From positions 325,332 to 389,331 of the IMG/VR virus record IMGVR_UViG_3300021057_000274: 64,000 nucleotides of DNA. One strand, 5' to 3'. Both the position numbers and the translations under genes were made by a program. How positions within the stretch are numbered: position 1 is the first letter of the stretch; every line of letters begins with the position of its first letter. A model generated the notes under the pieces. The model was given only the letters and a program-made list of their open reading frames with translations. It made no database searches and was not told the DNA's origin. Shown piece after piece: positions 37,763 through 47,271 of this stretch.

Positions 37763-38914
37763 TTGACCGACTTTCACTTCGTGACCCACACCACCGGTGT
37801 GGCGATGGTCCGCAACGGACGGCACGCTGTCGTGATGAACGACCAGCCGAACTTTTCGTACGTCATGGACGTTCTCCGTAGTCTGAAGGGACTACGCGGC
37901 GAGGCCCTCGAAGCCAAGCTCAAGGACCTGGACAAGGTCATGACGGTCGGCGGATTGGTCGAGAGCTTCGGCCAGCCGAAGGACCACAAGCTCAAGGACT
38001 GCCGGGTCTTCGTGGAGAAGGGCAAGCTCTTTTACTCGGAGTACCGCGGCCACAAGCAGGAGCTGCACGGCGCCCTCGCGGAGAGGATCCTCCAAGACCT
38101 CGGGAAGCCGTCCAAGGCGTTCGCGCGGTACGGCGACGCCCTGATGCGGTTCATGCAGAACATCCGCAAGAACAAGGTCAAGGACATCCGCAACGAGCTG
38201 TACGAGTGGCTGATGTCCGGCAAGGCGCCGATCACGTATGACGGTTGCTTCCTGGCGTACAAGAAGGTGCGGAGCAACTTCATGGACGGCCACACCGGGA
38301 CGATCGACAACTCGCCCGGCAACGTCGTCAGGATGCAGCAGTCGGAGGTCGACACGAACCGAGAGAACCACTGCTCGGTCGGCTTGCACTTTTGCTCGAA
38401 GGGGTACCTGGATCACTTCGGCGCCGGCGGCGCCAGCAAGATCGTGATCGTCAAGGTGAACCCGCGGCACGTGTTCGCGATCCCGACGGACTACAAGTTC
38501 CAGAAGGGTCGGGCCAGCGAGTACTTCGTGGTCGGGGAGTACACCGGCGCGCGAAACACCGATGACGGCCCGGTCGCGGAGGCATTTAAGGACGCCTTCA
38601 TCGACGAGGACACGAAGCAAGACGCGATGCCGGACGTCAAGCTGGTCGGGTGGCTCCGGCCAAGCTTGGAGAACCTGGCCAAGAGCTACGGGCTCCTGAC
38701 CGATGACGGCAAGGTGCTGATCCTCGAACGTCGCGGTAGGATGGTGCCGGTGAAGCAGGCGGCAAACGGCAAGTTCGAGGACATCGTCGGAATGCATCAA
38801 GCAACCGACGACGGCTTGGATGCGCCAAAGTCGATGTCGCTCCAGACCAAGTCGGTCCGGCAAGCGGTGCGAGCCGCGATCAACAAGGTGGAGAAGGGGC
38901 TCACCACGCGTTAG
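37763..38914 (+). CDS. rIIB: rIIB-like protein
   Basis: PITYDGCFLAYKKV...DGHTG.IDNSPG..V.M....VD......CSVGLHFCS..Y...VKVNP..V..IP.DY...KGR. Confidence 0.82.
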   Translation: MTDFHFVTHTTGVAMVRNGRHAVVMNDQPNFSYVMDVLRSLKGLRGEALEAKLKDLDKVMTVGGLVESFGQPKDHKLKDCRVFVEKGKLFYSEYRGHKQELHGALAERILQDLGKPSKAFARYGDALMRFMQNIRKNKVKDIRNELYEWLMSGKAPITYDGCFLAYKKVRSNFMDGHTGTIDNSPGNVVRMQQSEVDTNRENHCSVGLHFCSKGYLDHFGAGGASKIVIVKVNPRHVFAIPTDYKFQKGRASEYFVVGEYTGARNTDDGPVAEAFKDAFIDEDTKQDAMPDVKLVGWLRPSLENLAKSYGLLTDDGKVLILERRGRMVPVKQAANGKFEDIVGMHQATDDGLDAPKSMSLQTKSVRQAVRAAINKVEKGLTTR

Positions 38915-38966
38915 GTTGAAATCGCCTCCCAACCTGACGTGATCCGGGAAGAAGGTTCCCGGGTCG

Positions 38967-39003
38967 GTGAGGGCGATCGGGCGACCGGTCGCCCTTACTT
39001 TTT
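38967..39003 (+). terminator. Rho-independent terminator (third of three consecutive hairpins)
   Basis: GTGAGGGCGATCGG-GCGA-CCGGTCGCCCTTAC plus T run. Confidence 0.8.
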
Positions 39004-39007
39004 GCAA

Positions 39008-39013
39008 TAAATA
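39008..39013 (+). promoter_or_regulatory. T4-late-like promoter
   Basis: TAAATA just after terminator. Confidence 0.5.
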
Positions 39014-39037
39014 AGAGAGGCATAAGGAAGAAGACAC

Positions 39038-39679
39038 ATGAGCACGCACATCCTGGCAGTTGACAAGTACTACCAGCCGCACCGGTGGATCGGCGTCGAG
39101 GAAGCTATGGTCCTCGAGGCGAAAGAGCTCGTCCTGGAGCGCAAGGGCGAAGCGATCTACGTCTACCGCGGCGGCATCAACGGTAAGACAGGCGAGCAGT
39201 CTCGCCTGGAGACCAGCTCGATCATCGTCGTCGACGGAGCTCCGTCAGCGCGCAAGCGCAAGGACCCGGCGCTGACGAACGCGTCGCTGTTCCAGCGCGA
39301 CCGCCACATGTGCGCGTACTGCGGTGGCCTCTTCCGCGCGGGTGACCTGACCCGCGACCACATCGTGCCGACGTCGAAGGGCGGCCGGGACGTGTGGATG
39401 AACGTGGTCACGGCATGCCGCGGCTGCAACATGCTCAAGGGAGACTTGATGCCGGGCCAGAAGCTGCACGGTTTCAAGGAGGGCAACGTCGGCCCGCAGG
39501 GTACCGGCCGCATGGACCCGCTCTACGTCCCGTACGTGCCGTGCCGCGCCGAGCACATGATCTTGAAGAATCGCTCGATCAAGGCCGACCAGATGCAGTT
39601 CTTGCTGGGCCTGGTCTTGAACGAGAAGTCTAGGATCTTCAAGTACGCGGAGGAGCTGATGAAGGGCATGCGTGCGTAA
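39038..39679 (+). CDS. HNH endonuclease (McrA-like, Zn-binding)
   Basis: LF.RD...CAYCG...LTRDHIVP.SKGG.D.W.NVVTAC..CN..KG. Confidence 0.9.
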   Translation: MSTHILAVDKYYQPHRWIGVEEAMVLEAKELVLERKGEAIYVYRGGINGKTGEQSRLETSSIIVVDGAPSARKRKDPALTNASLFQRDRHMCAYCGGLFRAGDLTRDHIVPTSKGGRDVWMNVVTACRGCNMLKGDLMPGQKLHGFKEGNVGPQGTGRMDPLYVPYVPCRAEHMILKNRSIKADQMQFLLGLVLNEKSRIFKYAEELMKGMRA

Positions 39680-39897
39680 GATCCCCGCTAGTCGGGCTTG
39701 GAGGCCGTGGGCGCGAGCTCACGGCCTCGCTTCATTGGTAAGCCACTTCGTGACCTCCCTGACGTATACGTCAGGGAGCCGGAGTTGCGACCAGCAAAAG
39801 CGAAGTTCAAGAGGTTCAAGCTTGACACGAGGTACGCTCATCACCGCAGTGAGGGACTGACTCACCGCAGAAACAAGGGCACCAAACTCCAAATTGG

Positions 39898-39926
39898 TGT
39901 ACAATCGCGTGAATCTGTGTTAAGAT
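39898..39926 (+). promoter_or_regulatory. sigma70-like early promoter
   Basis: TGTACA-N17-TAAGAT. Confidence 0.65.
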
Positions 39927-39998
39927 TCTCTAACTTCAACGAATCTTGAGCGAAAGGAGCAGAGAATGAAGCATTAGATACCTTAACGAGGAGATCTA

Positions 39999-40292
39999 AT
40001 GTCTCGCACTCTGCACCACGGCCTCAAGGCCAAGATCCGCCGCTTCGGGTTCGGCTACCGTCCGACCGGCTGGTATGACATCGGCGGCGAAGAGTTCCCC
40101 GCCCCGCCCAAGCGCCCTCGCCGCGGCCCTCGCGCCGTCAGCATCAAGGGCGGCGGCAACTTCCACTACCGTCTCCACCTCCCCGAGGCGACCGCTCGCG
40201 CCCTCTCTCGCGAGTTCTGCACTAAAATTCTCAAGGCCGTCGACCTCGACGACCTCCCGCTCTTCCCCGAGCTCCGCAAGCCGATGGACTGA
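39999..40292 (+). CDS. small basic protein
   Basis: GAGGAG SD; MSRTLHHGLKAK; R-rich. Confidence 0.7.
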   Translation: MSRTLHHGLKAKIRRFGFGYRPTGWYDIGGEEFPAPPKRPRRGPRAVSIKGGGNFHYRLHLPEATARALSREFCTKILKAVDLDDLPLFPELRKPMD

Positions 40293-40309
40293 CTACAAGG
40301 GAGGCAAGG

Positions 40310-40519
40310 ATGGCCTTTGACAACTACTACCCGAAGCGCAAGGACTTCAAGCGCGTTTTCAATCGTGCTCGCCGCGCCGATCGCATCAAGGCGACCGTTC
40401 GCGGTTGTCGCAACGGCGGGAGCTGCGATCACTGCCGTCGTAACCGGATGATCGGAGCTCTGCGGCTCAAGGCCCTCCTGCTTACCCACGATGAGGTGCA
40501 CGATCTCAAGATCAAGTAG
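40310..40519 (+). CDS. small basic Cys-containing protein
   Basis: CRNGGSCDHC..NR motif; GGAGG SD. Confidence 0.65.
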   Translation: MAFDNYYPKRKDFKRVFNRARRADRIKATVRGCRNGGSCDHCRRNRMIGALRLKALLLTHDEVHDLKIK

Positions 40520-40539
40520 AGGTAGGTAACCTTGGACCT

Positions 40540-40560
40540 CATGGAGCTAAATACTCCATG
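40540..40560 (+). promoter_or_regulatory. T4-late-like promoter in the loop of a start-codon-sequestering hairpin
   Basis: CATGGAG-CTAAATA-CTCCATG; ATG 40558 in 3' arm. Confidence 0.7.
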
Positions 40561-41610
40561 CTTCTCAGTGAACTCTTAGACTCCGAGGCCGAGTGGAAAT
40601 GGCTCAAGCAGAACAACGACGTCTGGAAAGCCGCATTTAAGGTTGATGGACGAGAGTTCGAGCTAGCGATCCACGCTTGGCCAGACATCTTTTCAGATCC
40701 TAAAAACGAGAATAACCGGTGGGACTTTGAGTTTGTTGACCGAACAGATGACGTCGGAAAAGCCTTCGGTAACACAGGAAAGATGGATCGTAGCGCGATC
40801 ACCGTCTTCGCGACGGTGATGAAGATCGTGCGAGAGTTCATCGAGGAGAAGCGTCCAAACCGGATCTCGTTCACGGGGAATAAGGCAAAGAAGCGCGACA
40901 AGCTCTATCTCACTCTGATCAGAGCGATCGGTAATGACATCAAAAAGCTCGGATACAAGATCGAGCATCGCCCAGATGATCTTGAGAAGAACGGCTTTAT
41001 GGCCGCTGACGTTTTCACTCTTGTTCGCGAAGGTCATCTTGATGAGGGAGTCAAGGAGCTCATCACGGCGTTGATCATCGGAGCAGCAGCGATCGGTGGA
41101 GTCGACAACGTTGAGGCCGCCAAGAAGAAGCCAGTCGCGGCGAAGACCAAGATCGTCAAGCTGATCCCTGACCAGAAGCGGCTTCAGAAGCTCTCCGCGG
41201 CCGCCGCTCAAAAGTACCAGAAGGCTGATCCTAAGATGATCGTCAAGATCGTCAAGCTCGCCAAGAAGCATGAGGATCCGGTCTTCCCGAGAGCCGAGGA
41301 CATCCTCGCGACGATCGGGGTCGAGAGCAGCTTCAACCCGAAGGCCAAGTCAAACCTTCCAAAAGACCCCGCGATCGGTCTCATGCAGGTGCGTCCAGAG
41401 ATCTGGGGGATCTCACCGTCTGAGCTGAGTGACGTTGAGAGCCAGATCAAGCACGGAGTCGTCATTCTCAAGAAAAAGTACAATCGCTTCAAGGGTGATA
41501 AGATCAAGACCATCCACGCTTACAATGTGGGGATCACCGGCGTGCTTCAGGGGCGTCGAAACGAGAACTACGTTCAAAAGTGGAATCGAGAGCGGGAGCT
41601 TTACACGTGA
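40558..41610 (+). CDS. two-domain late protein: N-terminal domain paralogous to 42087 plus SLT lytic transglycosylase
   Basis: GVESSFNPKA, AIGLMQV, AYNVG SLT motifs. Confidence 0.8.
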   Translation: MLLSELLDSEAEWKWLKQNNDVWKAAFKVDGREFELAIHAWPDIFSDPKNENNRWDFEFVDRTDDVGKAFGNTGKMDRSAITVFATVMKIVREFIEEKRPNRISFTGNKAKKRDKLYLTLIRAIGNDIKKLGYKIEHRPDDLEKNGFMAADVFTLVREGHLDEGVKELITALIIGAAAIGGVDNVEAAKKKPVAAKTKIVKLIPDQKRLQKLSAAAAQKYQKADPKMIVKIVKLAKKHEDPVFPRAEDILATIGVESSFNPKAKSNLPKDPAIGLMQVRPEIWGISPSELSDVESQIKHGVVILKKKYNRFKGDKIKTIHAYNVGITGVLQGRRNENYVQKWNRERELYT

Positions 41611-42086
41611 AGTTGACGGAGTTTTGCCAGGAGATCGGTGAAGAGGTAGTTGAGGTCGTCGAGGCGGTTGAGGACATCGTCGGTGACATCTGTGAGGAGC
41701 AGCTCGACGAGAAGAGCATCATGCAGGTGATCGCCGCGCTGCTGATCGGCACGGCGTCATTCACGATCAGGGCGGAGGAACAAGAGAAGGCCGAGGCCGT
41801 CATCCAGCAGCTTAACCTCTCGAAGGCTGACCTCGAGTGGATCCGTGAGATGAACAAGAAGGCCAACGAGAAGATCCTCCCGACCAATGACTCGGCCGAG
41901 GAGCTTGCTCGTAAGATAAAGGAGCTCTACAAGATCGGCGGGTTCTCCTTCAAGAGCCGAGGGCTTAGCATGCCCCTGGTGAAGGACAAGGACGAGGAGG
42001 TCAGCGTGCGCATCGGCAAGAATCCCGTGCAAGGACTTCCTAACGCTGGCAAGGGCATCGGCATCAACTACAAGAAGACGTTTTAG
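41607..42086 (+). CDS. late protein, acidic N-terminus
   Basis: GTG MKLTEFCQE; internal QLDEKSIMQVIAALLIG similar to HLDEGVKELITALIIG of upstream gene. Confidence 0.65.
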   Translation: MKLTEFCQEIGEEVVEVVEAVEDIVGDICEEQLDEKSIMQVIAALLIGTASFTIRAEEQEKAEAVIQQLNLSKADLEWIREMNKKANEKILPTNDSAEELARKIKELYKIGGFSFKSRGLSMPLVKDKDEEVSVRIGKNPVQGLPNAGKGIGINYKKTF

Positions 42087-42560
42087 ATGCATCTGCATGA
42101 GCTACTCGACTCTAAGGTGCCCTGGCGCTGGACCCACAAGGGGCACGTCTTGCGCGGTGCCGAGTTTGAGATCGGCGGCAAAAAGTTCATCGTAGATCTA
42201 GTTCGTGTCGTGGGGCTTAACACCGATCGCTGGAAGGTCTCCTTTGCACAGATCATCAAGATGATGACTGGCAAAGATGAGCCGTTCTACTTAAACATGC
42301 ACAACATGAAGAGAGAAGCGATACAAGTTTTCGCGACGGTCATCAAGGTCATCGAGGACTTCATTCATGAGGTGAAACCAGATGAGATTAGCTTCGTCGG
42401 TTATAAGCATGACAAGAGGGACAAGCTCTACTCCCTCTTTCTAGAGAAGTTCAAGCCCAAGCTCCAGCAAGCTGGATACAAGGTCTCCTCCAACGCTCCA
42501 GAGAACTGGGATGACGAAGTCACTTTTTCTATAGTGAAGGACAAGGATCCAGCTAAATAG
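42087..42560 (+). CDS. late protein paralogous to N-domain of 40558
   Basis: AIQVFATVIKV..FI.E.KP..ISF.G.K..KRDKLY shared. Confidence 0.75.
   Translation: MHLHELLDSKVPWRWTHKGHVLRGAEFEIGGKKFIVDLVRVVGLNTDRWKVSFAQIIKMMTGKDEPFYLNMHNMKREAIQVFATVIKVIEDFIHEVKPDEISFVGYKHDKRDKLYSLFLEKFKPKLQQAGYKVSSNAPENWDDEVTFSIVKDKDPAK
42554..42559 (+). promoter_or_regulatory. T4-late-like promoter
   Basis: TAAATA 5 nt before ATG 42565. Confidence 0.6.
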
Positions 42561-42564
42561 GTTC

Positions 42565-43155
42565 ATGCCGGACCTACTTACCGCTGACATCCTCTTGAAG
42601 GTGATGCCGAACGTCAAGACGCGGATCGACTCCAAGAACCCGAAGTCGAAGACGCGCCTCGAGGTTTTTCTTGAGCCGCTCAACATCACGCTTGAGGCCT
42701 TCGAGATCAACACTCCGCGGCGCGCCGCGATGTTCCTCGCCCAGGTCGCCCACGAGTCGGGAGAGTTTCGCTACCTGGCCGAGCTCGCCGACGGCGTCGC
42801 GTACGACACCGGAAAGCTGGCTGAGAACCTAGGCAACACTCCTGGAGCGGACGGTGACGGTCAAAAGTATCGTGGGCGCGGCTTGATCCAGATCACCGGC
42901 GCGGCGAACTACAAGGAGTGCTCGATCGCGCTCTTCAGAGATCCTGACTTTCTCCTCACGAACCCCGAGGTGCTCGAGAAGCCCCTCCACGCGTGCCGCT
43001 CGGCGGGTTGGTTCTGGAAGTGGAAGAAGCTCAACGCTTGCGCTGACGCCGATGACTTTCTCAAGTGCACGAAGATCATCAACGGCGGGACGAACGGTCT
43101 TGACGATCGTAAGATGTACTGGGAGCGCGCCAAGCGGGAGCTGAAGGTCACTTAA
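42565..43155 (+). CDS. GH19 chitinase-like endolysin
   Basis: FLAQVAHESG, DGQKYRGRGLIQITG..NY, SAGWFW, INGGTNGL.DR. Confidence 0.9.
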   Translation: MPDLLTADILLKVMPNVKTRIDSKNPKSKTRLEVFLEPLNITLEAFEINTPRRAAMFLAQVAHESGEFRYLAELADGVAYDTGKLAENLGNTPGADGDGQKYRGRGLIQITGAANYKECSIALFRDPDFLLTNPEVLEKPLHACRSAGWFWKWKKLNACADADDFLKCTKIINGGTNGLDDRKMYWERAKRELKVT

Positions 43156-43391
43156 TGGACTTCAAAGCCTTCGTCATCCAAGAAGCAAGGGATCCGCTCG
43201 TCATCACCGACTTCGGCGTAGCCACCGACGTGGAGCACCAGGGCAAAGTGATCACCACGATCCCCCGTTACGGCGTGTGGACCGTGGCCAGCAACGAGCT
43301 TCAGCGAGTGATCGACACCGGTGACGACCTCGAGGCTCTCAAGGTGAAGCACGGGATCACGTCTGATCCTATCAAGCTAGGAAAGAGGTGA
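43155..43391 (+). CDS. small late protein with capsid-targeting-like N-terminus
   Basis: MDFKAFVIQEA. Confidence 0.65.
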   Translation: MDFKAFVIQEARDPLVITDFGVATDVEHQGKVITTIPRYGVWTVASNELQRVIDTGDDLEALKVKHGITSDPIKLGKR

Positions 43392-43393
43392 CC

Positions 43394-43660
43394 ATGGACT
43401 TACTTCGAGAGCTGATCAATCTCCGCGAGGTAGAGGAGAAGAAGCCAGATAAGCCCGCCGAGAAGCTTAGAGCTCGCCCTGACGCGGTCAACTTCAAGGA
43501 GCTCGAGGGTGAGACGATCACGAATGTCAAGTATGGTTCGCCCCACTATCCTCGTGCTGGAAGTTATGGCGCCGTCACGATCACCACGAAGTCGGGGAAG
43601 GAGTTCGTGCTCACCCAGGGCTTCGGTGAGGTTAACCTTTCGAAACTCATTCCGCTATGA
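43394..43660 (+). CDS. small late protein
   Basis: MDLLRELINLRE. Confidence 0.6.
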   Translation: MDLLRELINLREVEEKKPDKPAEKLRARPDAVNFKELEGETITNVKYGSPHYPRAGSYGAVTITTKSGKEFVLTQGFGEVNLSKLIPL

Positions 43661-43851
43661 TCTTCAAGAGCTTTCTAGCAGAGACGTTCGGCGAGACCGT
43701 CCTGAAGCAGATCCCGCAGCAAAAGCAGCGGCAAGACGCGCTGAACGACCAGCTCAAGGATCTCTACGGCGTCGCGAATCGTCTCGGGATGTATGACGCG
43801 GCCGACTACTTGAGGACGATCTTGGTCAAGGCCGGGGAGATGGCGCGATGA
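43657..43851 (+). CDS. small late protein with capsid-targeting-like N-terminus
   Basis: MIFKSFLAET. Confidence 0.65.
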   Translation: MIFKSFLAETFGETVLKQIPQQKQRQDALNDQLKDLYGVANRLGMYDAADYLRTILVKAGEMAR

Positions 43852-44147
43852 AGCTCTTGCAAGAGTTGCTCGAGATTCTCTCAGAGGCGATCGTCGAGCC
43901 AGAGCTCACCCGTAAGGCTGAGCTTCACCACGGCACGCAAGACTACTTCATCGGCGTAGACGCGTTCAAGAACGCCCTCGAGAAGAGCGACCTGCCCGAG
44001 GATGTCAAGGCTGACGTGATCGACGAGATCTACAAGCATGACTTGCGTCAGCTGAACTACACGATCATCTATCAGCTCTGTCAAGACGCCGGGCATGAGG
44101 AGCATCTCGGCAAGATCATCAAGTTAGCAGGCTTTCGCAAGCACTAA
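43848..44147 (+). CDS. small late protein
   Basis: MKLLQELLEILSEA. Confidence 0.65.
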   Translation: MKLLQELLEILSEAIVEPELTRKAELHHGTQDYFIGVDAFKNALEKSDLPEDVKADVIDEIYKHDLRQLNYTIIYQLCQDAGHEEHLGKIIKLAGFRKH

Positions 44148-44158
44148 CTCAAAAGCAG

Positions 44159-44187
44159 TGTACTTCTGAGAGAGTTTGAGTTAAAAT
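44159..44187 (+). promoter_or_regulatory. sigma70-like early promoter
   Basis: TGTACT-N17-TAAAAT. Confidence 0.7.
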
Positions 44188-44222
44188 TCTCTTATCCCAT
44201 CCAGCAAGGTCATCTCCCAAGC

Positions 44223-44600
44223 ATGTTCTTTGTTGAGGCCCGGTACCCGTACGAGAGCAACGCCGTTTTGGGCGGTCGCTCTACCCTCGAGGCCGCCGTC
44301 GCTCTGGCGGAGAAGTGTGCCCGTGACCAGCGCTTCATGCACTATGACCAGATCGCGGTCATCGAGATTCCGTCCGAGGACTTCGACACCGGCTACTTGA
44401 CCGGAGCCTGGGGCATGGACGAGTACGTCGGCCCGCGGACGGTGCACTGCATCGACGTCGAGCAGTACCTGCGCCTCGTTGACCACGAGGCCTTCGAGGC
44501 CGAGGAGGCGTCGGGCCGTGAGTACGACGCGCTCGCAGTGTTCGGCTGCTTCGGCGGGAAGGCCGACTACCGGAAGACCACCGGAAAGAGGGCAAGCTGA
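44223..44600 (+). CDS. hypothetical protein
   Basis: 125 aa after promoter. Confidence 0.65.
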   Translation: MFFVEARYPYESNAVLGGRSTLEAAVALAEKCARDQRFMHYDQIAVIEIPSEDFDTGYLTGAWGMDEYVGPRTVHCIDVEQYLRLVDHEAFEAEEASGREYDALAVFGCFGGKADYRKTTGKRAS

Positions 44601-44917
44601 GAGAGCAGACAGGTTGGTTAGTCTGTGACAAGCATGTTTGCTTGTATGACGAGCGCACGAAGCTACATCGCTGCGTGAAGCACGGGGCGATCTTGGGATA
44701 CCGTCACTGGTTGACGGGACTGACCCGTCAAGAAGCTCGCAAGAGATTGAACGAGGATCGAGATGCTCAAGGGCGTTGAACGTACCCGAGGTTGTTGGTT
44801 CGGCTCTGGTAACTCTGGGCGCCGTGGGCGTCGGCAGCTAGAGCGTAAGCTCCGCCGTGCAGGTAAGCGGCATCTCCGTCGATCGGATCTGGCTCGTGAG
44901 CTGAGCGTTAGTCTAGC

Positions 44918-45268
44918 ATGAACCTCAAGCCCTGCCCCTTCTGCGAGTCAGTCGCCGAATTTGTTCCGGCCGATAGCGTCGACGGAGCTATGATCGGTTG
45001 CTCAAATCGGAAGTGTCCCGCGTTTCTGCTTCTCCTCGTTGAGCCCGGTGACACGGTCGAGCGCAACGTTGAGCTCTGGAACAATCGGACAGAGAAGAAG
45101 CTGAAGGCCGCTGAGAAGATCTGTCGTGACGCCGCTGAGCGACTAGGGAAGGCGGCCTCGGAAGAATGGGCGAGCCATGACGTTGAGGCGGCTAACATCA
45201 GGCAAGCTCAGAGCAGTCTCGCGTCACAGCTCGCTGATGGAATTCGAGCCCTCATTCGCGATGGCTAA
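44918..45268 (+). CDS. Lar-like (restriction alleviation) Zn-ribbon protein
   Basis: LKPCPFC...C....C...WNNR. Confidence 0.65.
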   Translation: MNLKPCPFCESVAEFVPADSVDGAMIGCSNRKCPAFLLLLVEPGDTVERNVELWNNRTEKKLKAAEKICRDAAERLGKAASEEWASHDVEAANIRQAQSSLASQLADGIRALIRDG

Positions 45269-45509
45269 GTGTCCCACCTGCGGAGCACCTGTCGCTAGGC
45301 CGGGCGGCGGCCCAGATGCCCAGTTCATATTCAAGAAGAAGCCGGTGCGCCGGCGCGCCGCGGCGCCGAAATTCGAAACTCTAGAACGCACTCGTGAACG
45401 CTTCGAGCAGTGGTTCAAGATGGACCTGTTCGGAGGCGAGCGCGACATGACGTTGAAGCATCAGCTTTGGACGGCGTGGCAGGTGGCTCACCTTGGTAGG
45501 TCTGGCTAG
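45261..45509 (+). CDS. hypothetical protein
   Basis: MAKCPTCG; FEQWF...W.AWQ. Confidence 0.55.
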   Translation: MAKCPTCGAPVARPGGGPDAQFIFKKKPVRRRAAAPKFETLERTRERFEQWFKMDLFGGERDMTLKHQLWTAWQVAHLGRSG

Positions 45510-45514
45510 GCTTC

Positions 45515-46060
45515 ATGACTTGGCGTAAGCCGCTGAAGCTTAGGCTCGTTGAGACGAGCGACGGCGAGTCTTTCAAGATCTTCTCAAAGGACACGACTGG
45601 CGTTCCGGTCGGGAGTCATCCAGGAGCGTTCGGAGTCGTCCGAAAGCACCACGTCCACGAGGGCGTCGACCTCTACGCGCCAGTGGGCACGCCTGTTTAC
45701 GCGGTAGAGTCAGGTGCGGTCGTCAGAGTGCTGCCGATGACCGGTCCAGCCGCAGGGTCACCGTGGTGGTTCGACACGAAGGCGGTGATGGTCGAGGGGC
45801 GGTCTGGAGTCGTCGTCTACGGAGAGATCTCTCCTGCGGTACAAGAAGGGCGAGTGATCTTCGCAGGTGACGTCGTCGGACACGTCATCCGTGTCCTTCG
45901 CCATGACAAGGGGCGCCCGACCAGCATGCTTCACCTCGAGCTCCATCGCATGGGCTCGCGCAGCTGTCTGGACTGGAATCTGCCCCCGGCGAAGCCGCCC
46001 GAGCAGCTGCTCGATCCTACGCCGCACCTGTTGCAGATCTGCCGCAGGCATCGTAAATAG
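45515..46060 (+). CDS. M23 family peptidase
   Basis: HEGVDLYAPVGTPVYAV..G.V; MLHLELH. Confidence 0.85.
   Translation: MTWRKPLKLRLVETSDGESFKIFSKDTTGVPVGSHPGAFGVVRKHHVHEGVDLYAPVGTPVYAVESGAVVRVLPMTGPAAGSPWWFDTKAVMVEGRSGVVVYGEISPAVQEGRVIFAGDVVGHVIRVLRHDKGRPTSMLHLELHRMGSRSCLDWNLPPAKPPEQLLDPTPHLLQICRRHRK
46054..46059 (+). promoter_or_regulatory. T4-late-like promoter
   Basis: TAAATA upstream of 46082. Confidence 0.55.
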
Positions 46061-46081
46061 CTCTTTATCGGAGATCACCAC

Positions 46082-46417
46082 GTGGAATTCAAGAACTTTC
46101 TGAGAGAGGCTAAGATCGACCACGACGAGCTGATCAAGAAGGGCGTCGAGGCCTTTAGAGCCGTCGCGAAGTACCTCACAAAAAAGTTCCCCAAATCAGA
46201 AGACGGATGGACCGACGAGGCCTTCTTCGACCCGAAGACCGAGTGCTGGTACACTTACGAGTACGTCAGCATGAAGTCTGGAGATGAGGTTTTCCTCTAC
46301 CTCAAGACCGACCCTAGCGGAAAGGTTGAAGAGGTTAACGAGTTCACAGACGCTCAAGTTAAGTCTTGGGTGACCGATGATGATCTGATCGCAGAGATCA
46401 CCGAGCAACTGCCGTGA
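46082..46417 (+). CDS. late protein with capsid-targeting-like N-terminus
   Basis: MEFKNFLREA. Confidence 0.7.
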   Translation: MEFKNFLREAKIDHDELIKKGVEAFRAVAKYLTKKFPKSEDGWTDEAFFDPKTECWYTYEYVSMKSGDEVFLYLKTDPSGKVEEVNEFTDAQVKSWVTDDDLIAEITEQLP

Positions 46418-46839
46418 ACTTCAAGAACTTTCTCGCGGAGGCTGCGGCCGACGCTTACTACCACGCGACCCTCACCAAGAACGCTGACCAGATCAAGGAG
46501 AAGGGTCTCACCAAGTTCAACGCCTCGAACTGGGTCAAGGCCGCGAGCAAGGAGCGCTACGGCGACGGCGCGATCTTCGCCTTCGAGAACGAGCTCGACG
46601 CGCTTCGCTGGGCAGGCAAGATGGACTGGGAGTTCAACAAGGGTTTCGGCACCGGAAAGGTCTCGATCGTCAAGCTTCGCGTTTCAGATCCTGAGGCTTG
46701 GAAGGTGGATGACGCTGACCCGCTAGGTCAAGCAGGATCCAAGGGGCGCTGGATGAAGAGCCAGGACGCGGTCAAGGCGACCGACATCATCTCGATCACT
46801 CCCGTCAACGCAGCCGATATCAAGCGCGCGACCAAATGA
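46414..46839 (+). CDS. ADP-ribosyltransferase-fold-like late protein
   Basis: MNFKNFLAEA; YYHAT....I.EKGL...IFAF...A..W...IVKL pattern. Confidence 0.55.
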   Translation: MNFKNFLAEAAADAYYHATLTKNADQIKEKGLTKFNASNWVKAASKERYGDGAIFAFENELDALRWAGKMDWEFNKGFGTGKVSIVKLRVSDPEAWKVDDADPLGQAGSKGRWMKSQDAVKATDIISITPVNAADIKRATK

Positions 46840-47195
46840 GAATTGATGAGATCGTAGGCGAGCTCCCGGTCGGTGCTCGAGTAAAGGGTACCATCCTCGA
46901 GACGTCCGAGGAGGGCGACAAGGAGTACTTTGGCACGGTGATCGATCCCAAGCTAGCCGATAGCGGCGAAGTTGACGTGGAGGGCGATCATGGAGAGGTA
47001 GGTCTCTTCATCAAGCCAGATCATGATGACATCGTCATGGCTTTCACGCGAGAAGGTGATCACTGGAGGCATGACGCCTACGGCGGTTACTACGAGGTGA
47101 CGAAGTTCCAGGTCGTCAAGACCGAGCAGTCGAAGAGGGGTCGTTGCCCGCACGGGGTGGCTGCTGGTAACCGCTGCGAGAAGTGCGACGGATAG
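46836..47195 (+). CDS. late protein
   Basis: MRIDEIVGE; C-terminal CPHG...C..C. Confidence 0.6.
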   Translation: MRIDEIVGELPVGARVKGTILETSEEGDKEYFGTVIDPKLADSGEVDVEGDHGEVGLFIKPDHDDIVMAFTREGDHWRHDAYGGYYEVTKFQVVKTEQSKRGRCPHGVAAGNRCEKCDG

Positions 47196-47234
47196 GCTCA
47201 GGCTGGTGGTAGTCCATCCGGATACACAAAGTTG

Positions 47235-47263
47235 TTTACTTCCGTCGAGAACTAATATATAGT
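47235..47263 (+). promoter_or_regulatory. sigma70-like promoter of the tRNA operon
   Basis: TTTACT-N17-TATAGT; leader ATG 8 nt downstream. Confidence 0.8.
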
Positions 47264-47271
47264 ATCATACC

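Noticed and set aside
37892-39082. Long minus-strand ORFs (also 6544-7458, 35412-36341, 33707-34507, 49935-50801)
   Set aside because: Antisense shadows of real + strand genes caused by GC3-rich codon bias; no SD, promoter or motifs.
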